Assembly (NCBI GenBank): GCA_964514395.1
Contig: CAZEQK010000003.1
Location: 12,344 to 76,343, forward strand
Reading direction: 5' to 3'
DNA: 64,000 bases
DNA from: an uncultured Bacillaceae bacterium
Lineage (GTDB): Bacteria > Bacillota > Bacilli > Tepidibacillales > Tepidibacillaceae
Below the pieces are notes generated by a model, which searched no databases, was not told where the DNA came from, and saw only the letters and a program-made list of their open reading frames with translations. Every line of letters starts with the position of its first letter. Position 1 is the first letter of the stretch. Shown here piece after piece: positions 40,957 through 50,859 of this stretch. Made by a program: the position numbers and the translations under genes.

Positions 40957-42138
40957 TTATTTGTTATGTATATACGCATTGTATCTGCCTTTAGATATAT
41001 AAGTCCAGTTTAAGTCTCTTATCTCATTCCATTCAAATAAGTTAATACTATCTATTATTATTTTTTGATTCATTAAAGATGCTAACCTATTCAATGATAT
41101 GGCTGCAATTCTATCATCATAGGATGAAACGACTAATACATCAGCATTTTTTATTGCAATATAAAGATCATTAGTATACTTAACTTTCTTTGAAGGAATA
41201 TTTAAATCGTTGTATTTAGTATAGATATGGATTTGGTCAATTGGTAGGCTTGCTATTTTTTTTATGCTTTTTATATCTGTTTTCTTTGGTTCGATAATAG
41301 CAATTTTCATTATTAGACTTTTTTCAATGACCATCCTCAATTTATCATACATCCATTTATTAAGTTTTTGGAATTGGGTCAACGTATGTTGTACCATTGT
41401 ATTATCTGTATAATTAACATTTGATCCAACAGTCATGCTCTTTATTAATTTTGTTGCTTTTATTCTATCTATATCTATCGGACAATCCTTCATATAGGGG
41501 GGGAGTCCTTTTTTTATATTCTCTATATCAACGCCTAGATTTTCAGTTACCTTTACTAAATCATTAATATAAATCTGTTTTAATAAATGAGAAAATAAAA
41601 TAACTGCATAGGTAATTTCTATCTCGGCTCGATTGTTTAATAGTATTGGAAGCTGGTGCCTAGCAATACTTTTTCTTAAATATTTTGAGCTTTCGGTACA
41701 AAAATCCCCTCCAAGTAGTAAAGATGTTGCTGAACCTGTATTACACTTAAAATCATACATAGCAGGGTATACAAAAACATCAATATACTTTCCTTTTCTT
41801 TTTAACCATTGGTCAATCTTATCAGATAATCCGATTTCTAATATGGATCTTAAAATTAATATTCCCTGTTTATGGAACTCACTCCATTTTCTTATCAGAT
41901 GGAGTAACTGGGCTTTATCGTTTATATCTATCAATAAATGGTTTGTGCTTTGAAAAAAGTTCTCTAATTCAATAACAATCTCAGCGTTATTTATATTTTC
42001 TTCCTTCATATACTTTTCCACTACTCCTCTATGATTTTTTTGTCCCAAAATAAAAAGTGTAACTTTATTTTCTTGAATGATAGGGTCCATTAAATGATTT
42101 ATCATGGTTCTGGCACTGGCTAATATACTAAGCTTCAA
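40957..42138 (-). CDS. Uncharacterised protein with a degenerate nucleotide-sugar (UDP-glucose/GDP-mannose) dehydrogenase-like layout
   Basis: 393-aa ORF. By eye it has a three-part arrangement. The N-terminal Rossmann-like part carries ILASARTM where GxGxxG is expected. The central helical part is EIEITYAVILFSHLLKQIYINDLVKVTENLGVDIENIKKG. The C-terminal part (KIAIIEP...NADVLVVSSYDD...QKIIIDSINLFE) resembles the UDP-binding domain. Confidence 0.5.
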   Translation of the reverse strand: MKLSILASARTMINHLMDPIIQENKVTLFILGQKNHRGVVEKYMKEENINNAEIVIELENFFQSTNHLLIDINDKAQLLHLIRKWSEFHKQGILILRSILEIGLSDKIDQWLKRKGKYIDVFVYPAMYDFKCNTGSATSLLLGGDFCTESSKYLRKSIARHQLPILLNNRAEIEITYAVILFSHLLKQIYINDLVKVTENLGVDIENIKKGLPPYMKDCPIDIDRIKATKLIKSMTVGSNVNYTDNTMVQHTLTQFQKLNKWMYDKLRMVIEKSLIMKIAIIEPKKTDIKSIKKIASLPIDQIHIYTKYNDLNIPSKKVKYTNDLYIAIKNADVLVVSSYDDRIAAISLNRLASLMNQKIIIDSINLFEWNEIRDLNWTYISKGRYNAYIHNK

Positions 42139-42253
42139 TTCATTAACCCTCCAATATAGATTTATTATTAATATTATTCTTTCTAATAATTTCTTTTTTA
42201 TTTAACGAAATTAATTTCATAAAGAGTTTTAAGTATTTATAATGTATCTATGA

Positions 42254-42283
42254 TTGATTTTCTTTAAAGAATTTTTCTATTAT
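42254..42283 (+). promoter_or_regulatory. Candidate sigma-A promoter of pabABC
   Basis: TTGATT (42254-42259), an 18-nt spacer, then TATTAT (42278-42283). Confidence 0.4.
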
Positions 42284-42359
42284 ACTGAATACGAGATAAA
42301 TGATCACTGATTTTATAAGCATTAATAATAACGATCTTATCGGTCAAGGAGTAGAGACA

Positions 42360-42959
42360 ATGATATTAATGATAGACAACTATGATTCCTTTACATATAA
42401 TCTAGTGCAATATCTAAAGATACTTGGAGAGAGCGTTGAAGTACATCGAAATGATACATTAACCATAAGTCAAATTAGAAGCATGAACCCTGATATGATT
42501 GTTATTTCACCTGGACCATGTACACCTAACGAAGCAGGGATTTCCTTAGCTGTCGTTGAGCAATTATCAGATGAATTCCCCATCCTTGGAATATGTTTGG
42601 GACACCAGATTATCGCGCAAGCGTATGGTTCAAAAATTGTAAAAGCAAGAGCTCCAATACATGGTAAGGTCCACCCAATCATTCATGACGGAAAAGGGGT
42701 ATTCAAAGGATTAAAAAATCCTCTTCATGTAACAAGGTACCACTCACTGATTATTGAAAAGCATACCTTATCAGACGAATTTGAAGTTACCTCTGAGACT
42801 CAGGAAGGAGAAATAATGGGAATAAGACATAAAAGTATGCTTATTGAAGGTGTTCAATTTCATCCAGAAGCCATTCTTACAGAGTATGGAATGGAGATGC
42901 TGAAGAATTTCTTATTAATGGCAAAAGAGGTGAGACAGGTTGATTATAAAAGAATGTAG
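42360..42959 (+). CDS. pabA: Aminodeoxychorismate/anthranilate synthase glutamine amidotransferase component
   Basis: MILMIDNYDSFTYNLVQYL, GICLGHQ catalytic Cys, GVQFHPE. AAGGAG lies 8 nt before the ATG at 42360, so the track extension from 42300 is rejected. Confidence 0.93.
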   Translation: MILMIDNYDSFTYNLVQYLKILGESVEVHRNDTLTISQIRSMNPDMIVISPGPCTPNEAGISLAVVEQLSDEFPILGICLGHQIIAQAYGSKIVKARAPIHGKVHPIIHDGKGVFKGLKNPLHVTRYHSLIIEKHTLSDEFEVTSETQEGEIMGIRHKSMLIEGVQFHPEAILTEYGMEMLKNFLLMAKEVRQVDYKRM

Positions 42960-44310
42960 CAGCTCCATTAAAAGCATTGATTTGTTTTTAGCAATAGCTA
43001 GTGAAAAATATCCACAGTTTCTAGATAGTAATGAAGGCTTTGCTAATTTGGGTCGCTATTCTATCATTGCTGTAAATCCTTTTGGAATCATCAAAGCAAA
43101 AGATGGCCAGGTAGAAGTTAATCTCCCTAATTACAACAAAATAATAATAGACGACCCTTTTCAAGTACTTAATCATCTTTTACAAAAATACAAAGTAGAA
43201 AATACGACAGATTTACCATTCATAGGTGGAGCTATAGGATACCTTTCTTACGATCTAGTCCATCATATTGAAAATCTAACTATTCATACTGAAGATGATA
43301 TAAACATCCCAGATTTGTTTTTTTGTCTTTACGACGGTGGTGTTATTTTTGACCATCTATATCATAAAATCTATATTGTTGATAGTGAAATTAGAAACAA
43401 TAGTGAAAAGAGAATTAAATGGTGGAAGGACCACATCCAAAATGCAAAAAAATATAAACAACCACTCAATAAGAGGAACAGTAACAAGAAAGTTAATCTA
43501 TTTCAATCAAATATGAGTAAACAAGAATACTTAGAAAATATAAATAGAATAAAATCATACATTCAAAAAGGGGATATTTATCAAGCAAACTTTACTCAAC
43601 GTTTTACGACGACTCTCAAAGAAAAACCAATTGAATTATATCTTCAATTAAGAGAAAAAAACCCAGCACCATTCGCAGCCTATATTAGCTCAGTTGATAG
43701 CACGATTCTTTCTAGTTCTCCTGAGAGATTTATTCGCTTAAAAAATAGGCTGATTGAAACCAGACCTATAAAAGGTACCATTTCACGCGGCTCTACACCA
43801 GAGGAGGATATAAAAAATAGGAATTTATTAATAAATAGTGAAAAGGATAAAGCAGAGCTTCTAATGATTACTGATTTGGAACGTAATGATCTTGGTAAAG
43901 TTGCAAAAATTGGTTCTGTTCAAGTTACTGAACTATTTAAAGTAGAGAAATATGCGACTGTTTATCATTTAGTTTCAACCATCCAAGCAGTGTTAGATGA
44001 ACATTTTGACGCAATCGATTTAATTAAAGCTACCTTTCCAGGAGGTTCTATAACTGGAGCACCAAAAATTCGAGCGATGGAAATCATTGATGAGCTTGAA
44101 CCCACAACAAGAAATGTATACACAGGATCGATTGGATATATTGATTTTAGTGGTAATGTAGATTTAAATATAGTCATAAGAACAATTGTAATTAAAAACG
44201 ACATTGCTTATTTTCAAGTAGGTGGGGGGATAGTGTGGGATTCTGACCCTGAAGAGGAATATAACGAGACGCTTGCAAAAGGAAAGGCTCTATTTGAAGT
44301 TTTAAAATAA
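42940..44310 (+). CDS. pabB: Aminodeoxychorismate synthase component I
   Basis: Chorismate-binding family motifs (SSSPERF, PGGSITGAPK, YTGSIGY). TTG start overlaps pabA by 20 nt with GAGGTG upstream. Confidence 0.9.
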   Translation: MIIKECSSSIKSIDLFLAIASEKYPQFLDSNEGFANLGRYSIIAVNPFGIIKAKDGQVEVNLPNYNKIIIDDPFQVLNHLLQKYKVENTTDLPFIGGAIGYLSYDLVHHIENLTIHTEDDINIPDLFFCLYDGGVIFDHLYHKIYIVDSEIRNNSEKRIKWWKDHIQNAKKYKQPLNKRNSNKKVNLFQSNMSKQEYLENINRIKSYIQKGDIYQANFTQRFTTTLKEKPIELYLQLREKNPAPFAAYISSVDSTILSSSPERFIRLKNRLIETRPIKGTISRGSTPEEDIKNRNLLINSEKDKAELLMITDLERNDLGKVAKIGSVQVTELFKVEKYATVYHLVSTIQAVLDEHFDAIDLIKATFPGGSITGAPKIRAMEIIDELEPTTRNVYTGSIGYIDFSGNVDLNIVIRTIVIKNDIAYFQVGGGIVWDSDPEEEYNETLAKGKALFEVLK

Positions 44311-44322
44311 TAGGGGGATTAA

Positions 44323-45123
44323 ATGATTCTTTATAATGGTAAACTCACGAATGATATGAAGTTGTTTTCTGGTGATATTTTATTAAATATAAGTGTTTTT
44401 GAAACGTTAACTGTAAATCAAGGGATAGCATTAGACTTAGATGCTCATTTAGATCGACTTTTTTCATCCTTAGATTTTTTTCATCTAAAACTTGGAATTT
44501 CAAAGACGACGTTAATTTCACAAATAGATTATTTCACAAGGAAAATAGAGGAAGAGATGGCAGCATTACGTATCCTTGCAATTAAGTCGAAGCAACGTGA
44601 ACAACTTGATCTCGTTATATCTCAAGATACATTTCCATATAAGAAACAAGATTATGAGAATGGCTTTAAGATAAAAGTGTCGAATATCATAAGGCATCAC
44701 ATCAATCCATTGCTATATCATAAAACAACGAATTACCTTTTAAATAAAATAGTGTTAGAAGAAGCAAAAAGTAAAGGCTATGATGAAGCTATTTTCCTGA
44801 ATGAAAATGGAAATATTACAGAAGGTACTCGAAGTAATATATTTATTATTACTGACGGGATTATTTATACTCCAAAAAGTTCATGTGGATTATTAGAAGG
44901 GGTCACCCGTAATAAAATAATAAAGCTTGCAAAACAATTATCTATGGATGTCATTATTGATTCGTTTGACAAAGAAAAGCTCGAAAATTGTAGTGAAGCC
45001 TTTTTAACTAGCTCTTTATTAGGGGTTATGCCTGTATCATTAATCGGCAACAGAAAACTAAGTATTGACAAATATGATATAACATCTCAATTGATGAGTA
45101 TTGTGAATTTAAAGCTATCATAA
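44323..45123 (+). CDS. pabC: Aminodeoxychorismate lyase (class IV aminotransferase fold)
   Basis: HKTTNYL catalytic-lysine context, EGTRSNIF, LEGVTR. It immediately follows pabB. Confidence 0.85.
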   Translation: MILYNGKLTNDMKLFSGDILLNISVFETLTVNQGIALDLDAHLDRLFSSLDFFHLKLGISKTTLISQIDYFTRKIEEEMAALRILAIKSKQREQLDLVISQDTFPYKKQDYENGFKIKVSNIIRHHINPLLYHKTTNYLLNKIVLEEAKSKGYDEAIFLNENGNITEGTRSNIFIITDGIIYTPKSSCGLLEGVTRNKIIKLAKQLSMDVIIDSFDKEKLENCSEAFLTSSLLGVMPVSLIGNRKLSIDKYDITSQLMSIVNLKLS

Positions 45124-45243
45124 GCAGAGGTCTTGACATAACTTATAACTAGTTAAACACCATATGTTAGCACAATAAAAAAGGATTACACCTCTTGGTA
45201 ACCCTTTTACTCAAATATTTATGATGTATCTAGCTTTCCATTC

Positions 45244-45522
45244 TTAAGGTATGATGAATAATTTTATTATGATGAGTGTGAATAAACCTGGAATCCCCAG
45301 TAACCCTACGACAATTGCTGTAATGATGTTAAGAGGGATATGAAATTGAATAAGTTGTCCGAAAATATTAAAGAAAAAAAGCATAATGAATCCTAATGTT
45401 ATTTTTAAAACAATAATCCAACTATTTTTTAATAATTTTGCTAATACATTACCAAAAAAAACAAATAAAATAATTCCACTAATCATGAATAAAAACAACC
45501 AACCTAAATTTAGTTCTGCCAT
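45244..45522 (-). CDS. bofA: Pro-sigma-K processing inhibitor BofA
   Basis: 92-aa two-TM protein at the conserved position after yaaL. Confidence 0.85.
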   Translation of the reverse strand: MAELNLGWLFLFMISGIILFVFFGNVLAKLLKNSWIIVLKITLGFIMLFFFNIFGQLIQFHIPLNIITAIVVGLLGIPGLFTLIIIKLFIIP

Positions 45523-45560
45523 AATTATTCTCCCTTCTATATCTTCCCCATATTATTTTC

Positions 45561-45833
45561 TTATTTATATTTAACCAGATCATCTGAGACTCTTTTGTTT
45601 TTATTATTTATCTGTGTATCCTTATATTTATTTAACAAATACATATATCTTCTTTCTGCGGCAATGATGTAGTAGATAATATAATCAACTACCTCTGGGT
45701 CACTTACGTCATTAAACCTCTTTAATGCATATTCCCATTCTTTCTTTGCCTCCTTTATATCTTCAGATAGTAAGTTTTTTTGTTGAATTTTCCTATTTAT
45801 GTCTAGTTGATTGATAGCATATGACATGACCAT
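45561..45833 (-). CDS. yaaL: DUF2508 protein (YaaL-like)
   Basis: 90 aa with AAERRYMYLL near the C-terminus. Conserved recR-yaaL-bofA order. Confidence 0.8.
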   Translation of the reverse strand: MVMSYAINQLDINRKIQQKNLLSEDIKEAKKEWEYALKRFNDVSDPEVVDYIIYYIIAAERRYMYLLNKYKDTQINNKNKRVSDDLVKYK

Positions 45834-45954
45834 CCTCCTCCTCTTATCTATACATATATAGAAAAGAAGAATACAAAATATGCCATATATTTTTTAAAAA
45901 CAAAAAAGAAACTATATCTCATACTTAAAAATAGGTTCTTAGCCTACAGAAAAA

Positions 45955-45991
45955 CAAATAAAAACACACTAATCCATGGCGAATTAGTGTG
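45955..45991 (-). terminator. Intrinsic terminator after recR
   Basis: Minus strand has a 9-bp stem CACACTAAT / ATTAGTGTG followed by TTTTTATTTG. Confidence 0.7.
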
Positions 45992-46033
45992 CTAAATGCA
46001 TAAGCCAATTGCTATTTTTTTGTTATTTAATCT

Positions 46034-46636
46034 TTAAAGCTCTCTTCTACCTTCTAATGCTTTTGTTAATGTTACTTCATCCGCATACTCTAAATCGCCA
46101 CCAACAGGTAAGCCATGTGCTATACGAGTAACTTTAATACCAAAATGCTTTACAAGCTTAGATATATATATTGCTGTAGCTTCCCCTTCAATATTTGGGT
46201 TTGTGGCTAATATTAATTCCTTCACCCGCTCATCTTCAAGTCTAACAAGCAATTCTTTAATCTTTAATTCCTCTGGCCCAATGCCTTCCATTGGTGAAAT
46301 AACACCATTTAGAACATGATATCTTCCATGAAACTCTCTCGTTCTTTCCATAGCAATGACATCCTTTGGCTCTTGTACGATACAAATAATAGAATCATCC
46401 CTTGTTTTATCTTTACACACATGGCAAGGGTCAACATCCGTAATATTTTGACATATAGAGCAATAATGTAACGCCTTTTTCACATTGACTAGTGCTTTTG
46501 CAATATTTATGACATCTTTCTCATCCATATTTAATACGTGAAAGGTTAATCGTTGAGCTGTCTTTGGCCCTATTCCAGGTAATTTTGTAAATCCTTCTAT
46601 TAACCTTGCTATTGGTTCTGGGTAGTAATATTGCAT
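46034..46636 (-). CDS. recR: Recombination protein RecR
   Basis: [13 protein letters not shown] HhH motif, C4 zinc finger CSICQN...CHVC, Toprim. Confidence 0.96.
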   Translation of the reverse strand: MQYYYPEPIARLIEGFTKLPGIGPKTAQRLTFHVLNMDEKDVINIAKALVNVKKALHYCSICQNITDVDPCHVCKDKTRDDSIICIVQEPKDVIAMERTREFHGRYHVLNGVISPMEGIGPEELKIKELLVRLEDERVKELILATNPNIEGEATAIYISKLVKHFGIKVTRIAHGLPVGGDLEYADEVTLTKALEGRREL

Positions 46637-46647
46637 AATGACTCCTT

Positions 46648-46968
46648 TTAAAATAATCCTGGGAGATTTAATCCACCTGTATATTTACCTAAATCCTTTG
46701 ATACCATATCATCCACCTGCTTGAGGGCATCATTTACCGCTGCTAATACTAAATCCTGTAGCATTTCAACATCATCTGGATCCACAACTTCCTGCTTTAT
46801 ATTAATGCTTAAAATTTCTTTTTGTCCATTCGCTACTACGGTTATCATACCACCACCCGCAGATGTTTCAACTGTTTTCGTCTTTAATTCCTCTTGAGCC
46901 TTCTCCATTTGCTGTTGCATTTTTTTTACTTGTTTCATCATTTGATTCATATTTTTCATAAAAGACAT
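46648..46968 (-). CDS. yaaK: Nucleoid-associated protein YbaB/EbfC (YaaK)
   Basis: [19 protein letters not shown] start, 106 aa, between dnaX and recR. Confidence 0.93.
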   Translation of the reverse strand: MSFMKNMNQMMKQVKKMQQQMEKAQEELKTKTVETSAGGGMITVVANGQKEILSINIKQEVVDPDDVEMLQDLVLAAVNDALKQVDDMVSKDLGKYTGGLNLPGLF

Positions 46969-46973
46969 CCTCC

Positions 46974-48668
46974 TTAGTCTTTGATTACCACCAAATCATT
47001 ACCAAATAGTTCTATGGCTTTTGAAACTAAGCCATCCTCAGCATTTAATGATTCTTCTTCCTGTTTTTCACCAGTGTTATCCCCTTCATCTAAAAATTGC
47101 TTCCAGTCCTTCTGCATAATATTTAATATTGAATAGGACTGATCACAAATTTCTTTAATAACCTCTTCTATTAGAAGGCGATTATTGGGCTTGTTTGTGG
47201 TATCTTTATGCATAGCATTATTAAAAGCAATAATGATACTATCCTCTGTTACTCCAACAGGTTCACCATTTATTAACCAAGCATGTACGGTAACCTTTTT
47301 TTCCTTAATAGTTTGTAAAATATCCGGCCATTTTCGTTTAATTTCATTAAATTTCTCATCTAGCAATTGGTTACTCAGTCTTTTTAATTGCATGGTTACC
47401 TGACTATTTGCTATCGTTGGAGTTTTTTTTCTTTTTTCTTTTTTGGGTTCTTTTTTTGTATCTATATCTATTGCGTCAGAATTTTTTATCAATGAAGCAA
47501 TTCTATTTTCGAGTTCGTCTACTTTTATTTTTAATTCATTTATTATTTTATTCGTATTAGCTTGATCTTGTTTTTGGTAGGTAAAAATCTGTTTTGTCAG
47601 TTTAATAAATGCTACTTCCAAAATAATTCTAGATTGATTTGTTCGTTTTATTTCATATAGGTATTGGTTTAGTACTTCAATAATGCTATATACTTGTTGA
47701 TCTGAGTAAGCTTCTGCTACATTAAAAAAGTCTGGTTCAGCTGTCTCCTTATCCTTTGATTCACTCATTGAAGGAGCAGTCTTAAATAATAAGATATCTC
47801 GAAAATAATATAATAAATCCTCTAATAATTTTTCAGGATCCTTTCCCTCTTGAATCAGTTCATCAAGTTTATTTAAGACTAACGTTGTATTTTCATTTTT
47901 TATAGCTATCGCAATATCTGAGAATACTTGTTGTGAAACACGCCCTGTTACCTTCAGAACGTCATCTAATGATATCTTGTTTCCGCTGAAGGATAGAACT
48001 TGATCAAGAAGACTTAATGCGTCTCTCATGCCACCTTCTGCATGTTTAGCAATTAAAGATAACGCAGAATCCTCTATTTCATATCCATCTGATTGACAAA
48101 CATGTTCTAGACTAGCTACTATTTCACTTGTTGAGATTCTTTTAAAATCAAATCTTTGACATCTTGAAATAATGGTAAGAGGTAATTTATGGGGTTCCGT
48201 TGTAGCCAATATGAAAATGACATGCTTAGGAGGTTCCTCTAATGTTTTTAATAAAGCATTAAATGCTTCCGTCGTTAGCATGTGTACTTCATCAATAATA
48301 TAGACCTTATATTTCGTTTCTGTTGGCGAAAATTTAACCTTCTCCCGTAAATCTCTTATTTCTTCAACACCACGATTTGAAGCTGCATCAATTTCCACAA
48401 CATCTAAGATGGAACCATTCGAAATACCCGTACAGGTCTTACACGTATTACATGGTTCTCCATTACTGCTTTCTTCACAGTTTACAGCTTTAGCAAATAT
48501 CTTTGATGTACTTGTTTTTCCTGTTCCCCTAGGACCGCTGAATAAATAGGCATGGGAGAAACGATTTTCTTTAAGTGCATTTTTTAATGTTTTTGTTATA
48601 TGGTTCTGACCTATAACGTCTTCAAATTTTTGGGGACGCCATGTACGATACAAGGCCAAATAGGTCAT
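46974..48668 (-). CDS. dnaX: DNA polymerase III subunit tau (gamma/tau)
   Basis: [20 protein letters not shown]-loop, CNTCKTC zinc module, SRCQRF. Confidence 0.96.
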   Translation of the reverse strand: MTYLALYRTWRPQKFEDVIGQNHITKTLKNALKENRFSHAYLFSGPRGTGKTSTSKIFAKAVNCEESSNGEPCNTCKTCTGISNGSILDVVEIDAASNRGVEEIRDLREKVKFSPTETKYKVYIIDEVHMLTTEAFNALLKTLEEPPKHVIFILATTEPHKLPLTIISRCQRFDFKRISTSEIVASLEHVCQSDGYEIEDSALSLIAKHAEGGMRDALSLLDQVLSFSGNKISLDDVLKVTGRVSQQVFSDIAIAIKNENTTLVLNKLDELIQEGKDPEKLLEDLLYYFRDILLFKTAPSMSESKDKETAEPDFFNVAEAYSDQQVYSIIEVLNQYLYEIKRTNQSRIILEVAFIKLTKQIFTYQKQDQANTNKIINELKIKVDELENRIASLIKNSDAIDIDTKKEPKKEKRKKTPTIANSQVTMQLKRLSNQLLDEKFNEIKRKWPDILQTIKEKKVTVHAWLINGEPVGVTEDSIIIAFNNAMHKDTTNKPNNRLLIEEVIKEICDQSYSILNIMQKDWKQFLDEGDNTGEKQEEESLNAEDGLVSKAIELFGNDLVVIKD

Positions 48669-48724
48669 ATTATTACACCTCGAAATTTAATTTTATTTAT
48701 GTTCTTAAAAAGCGTTTCTTATTC

Positions 48725-48753
48725 ATTATACTAGGTATTACCCCTTATTTCAA
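48725..48753 (-). promoter_or_regulatory. Sigma-A promoter immediately upstream of dnaX
   Basis: Minus strand reads TTGAAA (48748-48753), a 17-nt spacer, then TATAAT (48725-48730). Confidence 0.6.
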
Positions 48754-48770
48754 AATCAAATTATGCTTGT

Positions 48771-50204
48771 TTAGATATAAGGAATATTGACTTGGAAGGT
48801 TGTACCGTATCCTTTTGAAGAAACCCTTATACTCCCACTAATGTCATGAACAATCCTTTGGCAAATAGAAAGACCTAAACCTGTTCCTGTTTCCTTTGTT
48901 GTATAAAAAGGCTCAAAAATTTTATCATAAATATAGTTTGGTATTCCTGGTCCTGTGTCATGAATATATACTTCAACATGTCTATTTTTTTTATTAATCT
49001 TTGTAGCTATAGATAAAATACCTTCTCCAGTCATTGCCTCTATTCCGTTTTTTGCTAAATTTAAGAAGACTTGCTTCAATAGCTCGTTATCTGCAATGAT
49101 AAAAGGTAAGGTCCTGTCAAGATCAAGTTGAACTTCTATATTATTTAATAGGCTTTCATTTTTAATGATTGGAATTAACTCTTTTAACGTTTTATTAATA
49201 TCTGTTGGTACATACTCAACGTCTTTTGGCTTACTAAGAAATAAGATTTCATTGACTAATTTATTAATTCTTTCGATTTCAGACAGCATAATTTGAGTAT
49301 AATTTAATTCATCCACTAAACCTCTTTCTAACAGAGTTCCCTCCATTATTTGCAAGAAACCTTTGATCGATGTTAATGGATTTCTTATTTCATGTGCTGT
49401 TCCTGCTGCAATTTGACCTATCGTTTTTAAACGATCATTCTGCCTAACCTGTTGTTCTAAGGATTGTAAGTTTGTAATCTCCTTAAAAACGACATAAGCA
49501 CCTACTACGATACCTTGCTCATTCCTTATGGTATTAGAGTCAATTAATAAATCATACTTATGTTGGTTTATTGACCAAGTTACTGCGTAATTCGTTACAG
49601 TAACACCATCTAGAAGTGCTCTTTGCACGATCCTATGTTCGTCAGGTACACTGATAAACACTTCATCAATTAATCTATTTATTACCTGCTCTTTTGATAC
49701 CTTTAACAATTTACAGGCAAATGGGCTAATTTCGAATATTTGGAAATTTTTATCAATCACAATCAATCCAATATTATTTTCATGTACAAAGCTTTGAGCA
49801 AAACTTGATAATAGGCTCACATTATTTTCTTTACTGATTTCAATAAAACCTAATGCATATAAATTCTTTTTTAATTGGCTGGATGCAAATTTCCATACCG
49901 TAATTTTACTCATATGTAGCTCTTCATTTACATCATTCCACGAAATTAAAAGATGTCCTTCAGACGTATGGGAATCAAGCTTCTCTATAAACTCCTCTTT
50001 TGTTCCCTCATAATGAATAAAATGGGTACAGTAATTACCTATGATTTCTCTTTCTGTATACTGTGAAGACATTAGTAAAATATGGTTTATCGCTATAATG
50101 ATTCCTTCTTCATCTAATAACAAATACCCTATTGGGGAGTTATGCATATAATTAAGAATATGTTTTAGATCGGTGTTTAACATATAACTAAAATTCTTCA
50201 TCAT
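48771..50204 (-). CDS. Soluble PAS-domain sensor histidine kinase (sporulation-kinase-like, orphan)
   Basis: No TM segments. PAS-like repeats are followed by the H-box AAGTAHEIRNPLTSIKGFLQ, N-box NLAKNGIEAM, G1 DTGPGIP and G2 GTGLGLS. The H-box closely resembles KinA-type kinases. Confidence 0.85.
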   Translation of the reverse strand: MMKNFSYMLNTDLKHILNYMHNSPIGYLLLDEEGIIIAINHILLMSSQYTEREIIGNYCTHFIHYEGTKEEFIEKLDSHTSEGHLLISWNDVNEELHMSKITVWKFASSQLKKNLYALGFIEISKENNVSLLSSFAQSFVHENNIGLIVIDKNFQIFEISPFACKLLKVSKEQVINRLIDEVFISVPDEHRIVQRALLDGVTVTNYAVTWSINQHKYDLLIDSNTIRNEQGIVVGAYVVFKEITNLQSLEQQVRQNDRLKTIGQIAAGTAHEIRNPLTSIKGFLQIMEGTLLERGLVDELNYTQIMLSEIERINKLVNEILFLSKPKDVEYVPTDINKTLKELIPIIKNESLLNNIEVQLDLDRTLPFIIADNELLKQVFLNLAKNGIEAMTGEGILSIATKINKKNRHVEVYIHDTGPGIPNYIYDKIFEPFYTTKETGTGLGLSICQRIVHDISGSIRVSSKGYGTTFQVNIPYI

Positions 50205-50282
50205 TTTCCCTCCCTCTCTATAATTATCGAGTATATATTCGCCCTAAAAGGTGTAACCCCTTTTTTTTTAGCATGATTTTTA

Positions 50283-50311
50283 TAAAAAATAAAAACACCA
50301 TAAAAGGTGTT
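50283..50311 (-). terminator. Intrinsic terminator of the SRP RNA gene
   Basis: Minus strand reads AACACC-TTTTAT-GGTGTT followed by TTTATTTTTT. Confidence 0.75.
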
Positions 50312-50321
50312 TAATAATAAA

Positions 50322-50592
50322 GCCGTGCACCTATCATCGATTATAACATCCAAGCGTACACATATAGTTAGCTCAAATTAGGCAACCCTACAACACATGA
50401 AAAATTCCACTTACCGCTGCTTCCTTCCGGACCTGACGGGGTTCATAGATTTTCATTGTATAGGACCCAATCATCAACACCACTTGTATGAGTCAGACCT
50501 TACATGAAAATAACCTTTGATAGGAATTCAATCCCGCTATAGCGGATTGCGGGTTACAGGGCACCGCTACCTCCCCATCTAGCACGACAAAC
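50322..50592 (-). ncRNA. scr: Signal recognition particle RNA (Bacillus-type long scRNA with Alu domain)
   Basis: Minus strand reads GTCGTGCTAGATGGGGAGGTAGCGGTGCCCTGTAACCCGCAATCCGC ... GTCAGGTCCGGAAGGAAGCAGCGGTAAG ... AGGTGCACGGC. It is collinear with the 271-nt B. subtilis scRNA. Ends are approximate to about 5 nt. Confidence 0.92.
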
Positions 50593-50684
50593 TTATACAC
50601 TTTTTAGATACCCATAAAAAGGGTACATTCTTCATTATAATCGTTAATAAAACGATATTCAAGTGGGATTCAATGGTGAATGAA

Positions 50685-50777
50685 TGGCGGAGAGGGTGGG
50701 ATTTGAACCCACGGTACGGCTATATACCGTACAACGGTTTTCGAGACCGCCACCTTAAGCCACTCGGACACCTCTCC
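50685..50777 (-). tRNA. tRNA-Ser (anticodon CGA)
   Basis: Reverse complement is GGAGAGGTGTCCGAGTGG...GCGGT-CTCGAAA-ACCGT, a long variable arm, GTGGGTTCAAATCCCAC, then CCTCTCCGCCA. Confidence 0.92.
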
Positions 50778-50859
50778 CTAATCAAATGAATTGATATACA
50801 ACGAAGGTTATTTTAGCATCTTCTTCAAAATAATTCAATAGTAAGCTTAAACCATTCAA

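Noticed and set aside
42300-42359. 20-codon N-terminal extension of pabA in the track
   Set aside because: AAGGAG at 42346-42351 serves the ATG at 42360. Amidotransferases of this family start MILMIDNYDSFT.
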